Source: Clostridium felsineum DSM 794
GTDB lineage: Bacteria > Bacillota > Clostridia > Clostridiales > Clostridiaceae
Assembly (NCBI RefSeq): GCF_002006355.2
Contig: NZ_CP096980.1
Coordinates: 1,323,731 to 1,347,730, forward strand
DNA length: 24,000 bases
Direction of reading: 5' to 3'
Shown: positions 8,112 to 14,814 of the stretch, one piece after another
How the letters are laid out: every line of letters begins with the position of its first letter
How positions within the stretch are numbered: position 1 is the first letter of the stretch
Translations under genes and position numbers: made by a program
Notes under the pieces: model-generated
Told to the model about the DNA's origin: nothing
Databases searched by the model: none
The model's input: only the letters and a program-made list of their open reading frames with translations

Positions 8112-8210
8112 TCCCTAAAATATGCTATTGTTAATCTGTTAACGTGATAAATTGCATAATACTTACAAAAAAATAATGTAAAAGTTTACTTTATGTATAT
8201 TATACCATGT

Positions 8211-8231
8211 TTGATAGATAAAAACTATCAA
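8211..8231. promoter_or_regulatory. LTTR-type box TTGATAG-N7-CTATCAA (core ATAG-N7-CTAT)
   Basis: Perfect 7-bp arms. The centre at 8221 lies about 64-65 nt upstream of the start predicted from the TATAAT at 8273-8278. It has the same core as the box at 3562-3576. Confidence 0.55.
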
Positions 8232-8249
8232 TAAAGCGTGAAAGATGTA

Positions 8250-8291
8250 TTAAAATTATCAAAAAAATATCATATAATATAATTATGATAT
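8250..8291 (+). promoter_or_regulatory. Putative sigma-A promoter of the aroD operon with an inverted repeat over the -10
   Basis: TTAAAA (8250-8255), 17 nt, TATAAT (8273-8278). IR atatcata (8267-8274) / tatgatat (8284-8291). Confidence 0.4.
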
Positions 8292-8329
8292 GTTAAAAAA
8301 ATAACTATTATGTTTGAAAGGTGATGCAA

Positions 8330-9097
8330 ATGGAAAATATAGTACAAGTGAGAAATATAAAATTAGGAGAAGGTCTTCCAAAGATAGCAGTACCGTTTAT
8401 GGGAAGTAATAATGAAGAAATACTTAAAGAAGTTGAATACTTAAAGACAATTAAAGTTGATATAGCAGAATGGAGAATTGACTACTATAAAGATGTTGAA
8501 AATTTAGAAAAAGTAAAAGAAATTCTAAGTATGGTAAGAAAAGCACTAGGTGAAATTCCATTACTTGTAACTTTCAGAACTGCTAAAGAAGGCGGAGAAA
8601 GAGAAATAAGTATCGAGTACTATGTAGAACTAAAAAAAGCAATTGCAGAAACTAAAAATGCAGATTTAATAGATGTTGAGTTATTTATAGCAGAAGATGA
8701 AAAAGTTAAAGATATTGTAGAAACAGCACATAAATTTGGATGTAAGGTTATAATGTCAAATCATGATTTTCATAAGACACCAGAAAGAGCTGAGATAGTT
8801 AAGAGACTATGCAAAATGCAAGAACTTGGTGCAGATATTCCAAAGATAGCAGTAATGCCAGTTGATGCAAAAGACGTATTAGAGTTATTATCAGCTACAT
8901 ATGAAATGAAGAGTGAGCACGGAGCTACTCCAATAATAACAATGTCTATGGGATCATTAGGAGTTGTTAGTCGTTTAGCAGGAGAAACTTTTGGATCAGC
9001 ACTTACCTTTGGATCAGCAAAAACTGCGTCAGCACCAGGACAATTAGAAGCAAACAATCTTTACGAAATACTTAAATCAATTAGCACTAATAAATAA
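8330..9097 (+). CDS. aroD: 3-dehydroquinate dehydratase, type I
   Basis: 255 aa counted from the ATG at 8330 (GAAAGGTGA RBS about 6 nt upstream; the ORF track begins at the GTG at 8321). Collinear with remembered E. coli AroD: LPKIAVP, EWRIDYY, FRTAKEGGE, SNHDFHKTP (catalytic His), IPKIAVMP (Schiff-base Lys), ITMSMG, SAPGQ. Confidence 0.9.
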   Translation: MENIVQVRNIKLGEGLPKIAVPFMGSNNEEILKEVEYLKTIKVDIAEWRIDYYKDVENLEKVKEILSMVRKALGEIPLLVTFRTAKEGGEREISIEYYVELKKAIAETKNADLIDVELFIAEDEKVKDIVETAHKFGCKVIMSNHDFHKTPERAEIVKRLCKMQELGADIPKIAVMPVDAKDVLELLSATYEMKSEHGATPIITMSMGSLGVVSRLAGETFGSALTFGSAKTASAPGQLEANNLYEILKSISTNK

Positions 9098-9121
9098 TTA
9101 ATACATAAAGGAGAGAGTAAC

Positions 9122-9994
9122 ATGGGAGAAAGAATAACAGGACATACAGAATTAATAGGATTAATAGCATATCCAATTAGACATTCAAGTTCACCAGCAA
9201 TGCACAATGAGGCTTTTGCTAAATTGGGTTTGGATTATGCATATCTTGCCTTTGAGGTTGGAAATGAAGAGCTTGAAGCTACAATAAATGGTTTTAGGGC
9301 TATGAAGGTACGTGGAAGTAATGTATCAATGCCAAATAAAACAGTAGTACATAAATATTTAGATAAGGTGTCAGAAGCAGCTGAACTTTGCGGAGCTGTT
9401 AACACTATAGTAAATGATAACGGTGTTTTAACTGGACATATTACAGATGGTATAGGTTATATGCAATCATTAAAAGATGCAGGAATAGATGTTATAGGTA
9501 AGAAGATGACTATAGTAGGAGCTGGCGGAGCTGCTACAGCCATTGAAATACAAGCAGCTTTAGATGGAGTTAAGGAAATGTCAATCTTCAATATAAAAGA
9601 TAAATATTTTGAAAGAGCTAAAAAGACAGTAAAAGACATAAATGAAAGAACTGGATGTAAAGCAACCTTATATGATTTAGAAGATCTTGATAAATTAAAG
9701 GAAGAAATAGCAGACAGTTATTTATTTGCAAATGCTACAGGTATGGGAATGAAACCATTAGAAGGAAAAACATACATTCCAGATAAAAGCTTCTTAAGAC
9801 CAGACTTAATAGTAACGGATGTTGTATACGCACCAAGAGAAACAGAATTATTAAGAATGGCTAAAGAAGTAGGATGTAAGACTATGAATGGTTTAGGAAT
9901 GATGTTATTCCAAGGAGCAGCAGCTTTTAAATTGTGGACAAATCAAGATATGCCAATTGAACACATGAAAAAGGTACTAGATATAAAATATTAA
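9122..9994 (+). CDS. ydiB: Quinate/shikimate dehydrogenase, YdiB-like
   Basis: 290 aa. AAGGAGAG RBS. Long stretches match remembered E. coli YdiB: ELIGLIAYPIRHSSSP, YLAFEV, SMPNK, NTIVNDNG, TDGIGY, VGAGGAATAI, GMKPLE, DVVYAP, CKTMNGLGMMLFQGA. The symbol is given by similarity only; substrate and cofactor are untested. Confidence 0.85.
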   Translation: MGERITGHTELIGLIAYPIRHSSSPAMHNEAFAKLGLDYAYLAFEVGNEELEATINGFRAMKVRGSNVSMPNKTVVHKYLDKVSEAAELCGAVNTIVNDNGVLTGHITDGIGYMQSLKDAGIDVIGKKMTIVGAGGAATAIEIQAALDGVKEMSIFNIKDKYFERAKKTVKDINERTGCKATLYDLEDLDKLKEEIADSYLFANATGMGMKPLEGKTYIPDKSFLRPDLIVTDVVYAPRETELLRMAKEVGCKTMNGLGMMLFQGAAAFKLWTNQDMPIEHMKKVLDIKY

Positions 9995-10014
9995 TTAATA
10001 GGGGGATCACTACT

Positions 10015-11220
10015 TTGAATAATATGAAAAAATATTATCCAACAGCCTTTTGCCTATATTTAAATTATTTTGTGCATGGTATTGGAGCTTCAATACTTGC
10101 GCAAAACTCGAAATCATTACAAGCTATGTGGCACACGGATGCGGCAGCAGTACTTTATGTTATTTCAGCACTAGGAATAGGACGTTTAATTGCCCTTCCT
10201 TTCTCCGGTGCTATATCAGATAAATTCGGTAGAAGACCAACAGTTTTACTTGGAATGTTAATTTATGCAGCCTTCTTTGGTTTAATATTAATAACCCCAA
10301 ATGCATCTGTTGGATTTGCAGTAGCATTGCTTGCAGGAATAGCAAACTCCTTCTTAGATTTAGGATGTATTCCAGCAGCAATGGAAATATTAGTGGAATC
10401 AACTGGACTAGCTAGTATTTTAACTAAGCTATTTATATCTATAGGACAATATGCTTTACCAGTTGCTATAGGTCTCTTGTTGTCAAACAACTTGTATTTT
10501 GGATACTCATTTATAATATGTATAGTAATATTAGTTATTAATGGTATTATATTATTAAAATTACCATTTGCGCCAATGAGAGCTAAAAAAGCGGAAAATT
10601 CTGAAGAAGCAGCTGAAGAAGTTGTAAAACCTAAATTTTTAGTAGAAGGTATTGCTCTAATTATAATGGGATTTACGTCAACAGCAACCTTTCAAATTTT
10701 CTTAAATGTAAATAAAAATTTCGGAATAGATGCGGTAGGTATGACTGCAAGTGCAGCTGGAAAAATTCAAGCTAATTATGCACTTGGTTCCATTTGTGCG
10801 GTTATATTGACAGCTTTATTAGTTAAAAAACTAGTTAAGCCTGTAAGATTCTTATTTATATATCCTTTGATTTCTTTTGTAATGTTAATGGCTATGTTTA
10901 TTACAAAAAGTCAAACTATTGCTCTTATAGGTGGTTTTGTTATCGGTTTCTCAGCAGCAGGAGGAGTACTACAGTTAGTTGTATCTACAATGTCAGATTT
11001 ATTTCCAGTTTCAAAAGGAAAAATTACAAGTATGGTTATGATGTCATCTAGTATTGCAACTTTTGCAGTTACTGCCATAGCTGGATTTGTTACAAAATCT
11101 GTTGGAATACAGTATACATTAGTAGTAGCAGCAGCTATTACAGCTGTAGGAGTACTTTTATCAATAGTTGTAAACGTAAGGTACAATCAGTTAGTAAAAG
11201 CAAAAAAACAATTAACATAA
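10015..11220 (+). CDS. MFS transporter (YdiM/YdiN-like genomic context)
   Basis: 401 aa. TTG start 8 nt after the GGGGGA RBS (the first ATG at 10024 is too far from the RBS). About 12 TM segments. GAISDKFGRRP motif. Last gene of the aroD-ydiB operon. Confidence 0.85.
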   Translation: MNNMKKYYPTAFCLYLNYFVHGIGASILAQNSKSLQAMWHTDAAAVLYVISALGIGRLIALPFSGAISDKFGRRPTVLLGMLIYAAFFGLILITPNASVGFAVALLAGIANSFLDLGCIPAAMEILVESTGLASILTKLFISIGQYALPVAIGLLLSNNLYFGYSFIICIVILVINGIILLKLPFAPMRAKKAENSEEAAEEVVKPKFLVEGIALIIMGFTSTATFQIFLNVNKNFGIDAVGMTASAAGKIQANYALGSICAVILTALLVKKLVKPVRFLFIYPLISFVMLMAMFITKSQTIALIGGFVIGFSAAGGVLQLVVSTMSDLFPVSKGKITSMVMMSSSIATFAVTAIAGFVTKSVGIQYTLVVAAAITAVGVLLSIVVNVRYNQLVKAKKQLT

Positions 11221-11229
11221 ATAATAAAT

Positions 11230-11279
11230 AAGTGGTCGCCAAGTTATCATAAATTTTTATGCTATTAAGGCGGCCACTT
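11230..11279. terminator. GC-rich hairpin between the convergent MFS and histidine kinase genes
   Basis: aagtggtcgcc (11230-11240) / ggcggccactt (11269-11279), one non-Watson-Crick position and a large partly self-paired loop. It stands out in AT-rich DNA. Confidence 0.55.
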
Positions 11280-11281
11280 GT

Positions 11282-12502
11282 TTAAAAAGTAATTGGAAGC
11301 ATTATGTGAAACTCAGAACCAATGCCGATAGTGCTAAGGACGTTTATACTGCCCCTATGTTCATCAACTATACTTTGAGCTATAGAGAGCCCTAACCCTG
11401 TTCCTCCTTGGCTTCTTGAACGAGATTTGTCCACTCTATAAAATCTTTCAAAAATTTTTTCTATATGTTCTTTTGGTATACCTTCACCATTATCTTTAAT
11501 CTTTAGTTCACATATATTATTATGTTTTAAAAGGCAAACTTCAATTTTTCCATTAGAGGGAGTATGTTTAATGGCGTTATCAAGCATAATATTTATTAGT
11601 TGAATAATTCTCCACTCATTTCCCAAGATAATTATTTCATTTTCTATATTAAAAACTAGTTCTATATTTTTTTTATTAGTTAAAACTTTAAAAGTTTCAT
11701 AAGTATTATTTATTGTGGTGCTTATGTTGAAATTTGACATTGGCATTTCTTCTTTTTTTACTCTAGCTAAGAACAATAAATCTTCTATAAGTTTTGTCAT
11801 TCTAAAAAGTTCACTTTGAATGTTATTTAGCCATTTCATTTGACTATGTACGGTTTTATCTTTATTTTCAACTACTATTTCTAAGGTTGAATTCAAAACT
11901 GCAAGAGGAGTTCTAAGTTCATGTGAAGCATCAGCTATAAAGATATTTTGTTTATCTAAAGTTGTTTTAACTGGAACAATGGCTTTATTAGCAAGATATA
12001 AACTAATAATAATGACAAGAATAACACTTATAGTACCAACAAATAAAAACGATATAATAAGGTAAGTGTATAAATTGATTTCCATGTTGTTATCGATAAA
12101 GGCAATTATAAAACCATATTTTTTAGGAACCTTCAAAAATTTAAATCTTAAATGCCCAGTTTTAATATTTCCATACTGTATACCTTTTTTTAAAACTGTA
12201 TTTTTTAAATTTGTAATATCACATTTTGGTATATTTATATTTTTAGAGTATCCCAAAACTTTTCCATATTTATTTATTTTTATAAAGAAGCTACTTGATA
12301 CTACCATTTTTACATTATTTGAGGGACCTTTTATTAGAGAAACAGTCTCTTCATTTCTAGCAATATCATTTAAAACCACAGAAACTTGTAAATTCATTTC
12401 GTATAAGGTTATATAATATATTCCTAAAAAGATAATTAAAATTACTATAGTAAGGCAAATAGCATTAATTGTTAACAGTTGTATTTTTAATTTTTTGAAC
12501 AT
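11282..12502 (-). CDS. Sensor histidine kinase (two TM segments flanking an extracytoplasmic loop, then HisKA and HATPase_c domains)
   Basis: 406 aa. H-box FIADASHELRTPL, N-box LDNAIKHT, G-boxes DNGEGIP and GGTGLGLSI. AAGGAG RBS inside the 3' end of the response regulator gene. Confidence 0.9.
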   Translation of the reverse strand: MFKKLKIQLLTINAICLTIVILIIFLGIYYITLYEMNLQVSVVLNDIARNEETVSLIKGPSNNVKMVVSSSFFIKINKYGKVLGYSKNINIPKCDITNLKNTVLKKGIQYGNIKTGHLRFKFLKVPKKYGFIIAFIDNNMEINLYTYLIISFLFVGTISVILVIIISLYLANKAIVPVKTTLDKQNIFIADASHELRTPLAVLNSTLEIVVENKDKTVHSQMKWLNNIQSELFRMTKLIEDLLFLARVKKEEMPMSNFNISTTINNTYETFKVLTNKKNIELVFNIENEIIILGNEWRIIQLINIMLDNAIKHTPSNGKIEVCLLKHNNICELKIKDNGEGIPKEHIEKIFERFYRVDKSRSRSQGGTGLGLSIAQSIVDEHRGSINVLSTIGIGSEFHIMLPITF

Positions 12503-13180
12503 CTAATTAATCTCCTTAAGACAGTAACCACTTCCGCGTATAGTTTCTATAAGCACTTTACAATTTAAAGTTGCAAGCTTTTTTCTTAAATATGATATAT
12601 AAACTTCAATATTATTTAGTTCAATAGTGGCTTGGAAGCCCCAAATTTTTTGTAAAAGTTGTTCTTTAGTTATAACCATATTTTTATTTTTTAGCATTAT
12701 TTCAAACACCTGAGATTCTTTAGAAGATAGTTTTATAGTTTCTTTATCAGTCTTAATTTCACCTCTTAAAGGATTAAAGGTGAGATTATGTATTTGAAGC
12801 TCCTCATTGTTTATAGAGTCAGTTTGTCGTCTGCCAAGAGCGCGCAATCTTGCAAGCAGCTCATCTTTGGAAAATGGTTTTACAAGATAATCGTCTGCCC
12901 CACTGTCTAAACCCTCAATCCTATCTTTTATAGAATCTTTAGCAGTCAAAATTAGTACAGGAGTTGTAATCTTTTGCTTTCGTAAATTTTTTAACACGTC
13001 TAATCCTTCTTTTAATGGAAGCATGCGATCTAATATTATTATATTGTATTTTTCAGATTCGGCCATTTTCTCACCTTGTATACCATCAAAAGCAGTATCT
13101 ACTATATAGTTATTCTTTTTTAGAGTATAAACAAGGGCATCAGAAAGATGTATTTCATCTTCAACTAACAATATTTTCAC
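12503..13180 (-). CDS. OmpR/PhoB-family response regulator
   Basis: Start reassigned to the GTG at 13180 (VKILLVEDE...), which lies 6 nt after GGAAGGTGGTGAG. The 32-aa hydrophobic extension in the ORF track is unlike a receiver domain. Receiver motifs LLVEDE, ILDRMLP and LTAKD; winged-helix C-terminus (YISYLRKKL...RGSGYCL). Confidence 0.9.
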   Translation of the reverse strand: MKILLVEDEIHLSDALVYTLKKNNYIVDTAFDGIQGEKMAESEKYNIIILDRMLPLKEGLDVLKNLRKQKITTPVLILTAKDSIKDRIEGLDSGADDYLVKPFSKDELLARLRALGRRQTDSINNEELQIHNLTFNPLRGEIKTDKETIKLSSKESQVFEIMLKNKNMVITKEQLLQKIWGFQATIELNNIEVYISYLRKKLATLNCKVLIETIRGSGYCLKEIN

Positions 13181-13295
13181 GTTAAACTCACCACCTTCCA
13201 CTTTTTTGAAATATATATTTACCATTAATATTAAAATGTAACTTAAGCTTAAATTGACAAAAAAATGTTTTTTCAAACTTAATTATATATCAAAA

Positions 13296-13383
13296 AGCTT
13301 AAGAAAAGCTTAAGAAATATATTAACAAAGAGTTTACAGTAGTTTTAAGAAAAGATTAAGAGAGAGAATATAATATTAAGATG
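13296..13383. promoter_or_regulatory. Direct repeats of TTAAGAAA at 11-bp phasing (candidate response regulator boxes) plus a -10 for the glycosylation operon
   Basis: TTAAGAAA at 13299, 13310 and 13345; TTAAGAGA at 13356; TTAAGATG at 13376. The first two lie within an exact tandem agcttaagaaa x2 (13296-13317). TATAAT at 13369-13374, with the 13345/13356 pair over the -35 position. Confidence 0.5.
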
Positions 13384-13444
13384 TAACATGATATTTAAAG
13401 AAAGGTTTTTAATATGATTTATTGTAAAAGGAGACGATGAAAAT

Positions 13445-14383
13445 ATGACCGATAAAGTAATTCAATATTCTATAGTGGTACCTCTGTATAATGAAGAACT
13501 TGTTGTAAAAGAAACATATAAGAGGTTAAAAAGTGTCATGGATTCTACAGGAGAGAATTATGAGATTATTTTTGTAAATGATGGTAGTAGAGATAAAACA
13601 GCAGTAATAACAAAAGAAATATGTGATAGAGATAAGAAGATTAAGTTTATAAGTTTTTCAAGAAATTTTGGACATCAATTAGCAATAACAGCAGGCATGG
13701 ATAATTCTAGTGGAAATGCTGTAGTTGTTATCGATGCAGACTTACAAGACCCTCCAGAAGTAATACTTAAAATGATTGAAAAGTGGAAGGAGGGATATGA
13801 AGTAGTGTATGGACAAAGGGCTAAAAGAAAGGGAGAGACTTTTTTCAAAAAGCTTACTGCAAGAATTTTCTATAGAATGTTAAATAGTATGACAGATATT
13901 GATATACCTGTTGACACAGGAGATTTTCGTCTAATAGACAGGAAGGTCTGCGATGCATTAAAAACAGTGCCAGAGAGAAATAGATATGTGCGAGGTCTTA
14001 TAAGTTGGCTTGGTTTTAAGCAAATAGGAGTTCAGTTTATAAGGGAAGAGAGATTTGCAGGAGAAACAAAGTATCCTCTTAAGAAAATGGTGGAATTTGC
14101 TACAGATGCTATTACTTCATTTTCATATAAACCACTTAAACTAGCAATGTATTCAGGAAGTATTATATCTATAATAAGCTTTGTATATCTTATATTTGTC
14201 ATTATTCAAAAGCTATTTACAAATGGTATTGTAGCTGGATGGACTTCTTTAGTGGCACTTATGCTGTTTTTTAATGGAGTTATACTTATGATTCTAGGAA
14301 TTATGGGTGAATATATAGGGAGAATTTATGATGAGGCAAAGGGCAGACCGCTATATATAATTGGGGAAAAGAAGGGATTTTGA
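13445..14383 (+). CDS. GT2 polyprenyl-phosphate glycosyltransferase (GtrB/CsbB/ArnC-like)
   Basis: 312 aa. AAAGGAGA RBS. N-terminal GT-A fold (IVVPLYNEE, FVNDGSRD, DADLQDP) and two C-terminal TM helices, as in GtrB/ArnC-type enzymes. Confidence 0.85.
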   Translation: MTDKVIQYSIVVPLYNEELVVKETYKRLKSVMDSTGENYEIIFVNDGSRDKTAVITKEICDRDKKIKFISFSRNFGHQLAITAGMDNSSGNAVVVIDADLQDPPEVILKMIEKWKEGYEVVYGQRAKRKGETFFKKLTARIFYRMLNSMTDIDIPVDTGDFRLIDRKVCDALKTVPERNRYVRGLISWLGFKQIGVQFIREERFAGETKYPLKKMVEFATDAITSFSYKPLKLAMYSGSIISIISFVYLIFVIIQKLFTNGIVAGWTSLVALMLFFNGVILMILGIMGEYIGRIYDEAKGRPLYIIGEKKGF

Positions 14384-14793
14384 TGCTAAATAAAGTAGGA
14401 TATATATTTAACGGACGATTGAAGCAAATAAGTAGATTTTCAGCAGTTGGAGTCATTAATACTTTAATAGATTTTGTTATGTTTACTCTATTTAATAGTG
14501 TAATAGGGGTAGGATATAGCATAAGTCAAGTAATAGGATATGGTAGTGGAGTCATTAACAGCTTTATATTCAATAAAAAATGGACTTTCTCTGATAAAGC
14601 GGGTAAAAAAAAGCTTCATAAGGAATTAATAAGATTTATTTTTATTAATGTTATTACACTTCTAGTTACCTTAGTATCTATGAATTTGTTTGTAAAAGGT
14701 TTAGGGATTAATGTTTATGTAGCTAAGATATTAGTAACCCTTATTGCTCAGGCTATAAACTTTTTAGGTTATAAAATTTTAGTATTTAGTTAA
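14383..14793 (+). CDS. GtrA-family small membrane protein (putative lipid-linked sugar flippase component)
   Basis: 136 aa counted from the ATG at 14383, which overlaps the GT2 stop (TGATG). Four hydrophobic segments. Opens with RFSAVGVINTLIDFVMF and ends with NFLGYKILVF, typical of GtrA-like proteins. Confidence 0.75.
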   Translation: MLNKVGYIFNGRLKQISRFSAVGVINTLIDFVMFTLFNSVIGVGYSISQVIGYGSGVINSFIFNKKWTFSDKAGKKKLHKELIRFIFINVITLLVTLVSMNLFVKGLGINVYVAKILVTLIAQAINFLGYKILVFS

Positions 14794-14814
14794 TTGCGCA
14801 CGGAGGATAGATAA

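Noticed and set aside
8770-11186. Minus-strand ORFs inside aroD, ydiB and the second MFS gene (8770-9057, 9457-9639, 10211-10402, 10263-10490, 10911-11186)
   Set aside because: Shadow ORFs of well-supported plus-strand genes. The Ala/Pro/Ser-rich translations reflect the antisense of Gly/Ala-rich codons.
12066-12416. 116-aa plus-strand ORF inside the histidine kinase gene
   Set aside because: It is antisense to the sensor domain of a kinase with all the catalytic boxes, and it has no RBS.
13181-13276. 32-aa N-terminal extension of the response regulator (ATG at 13276)
   Set aside because: The extension is hydrophobic and unlike any receiver domain. A strong GGAAGGTGGTGAG RBS sits 6 nt before the internal GTG that begins VKILLVEDE.
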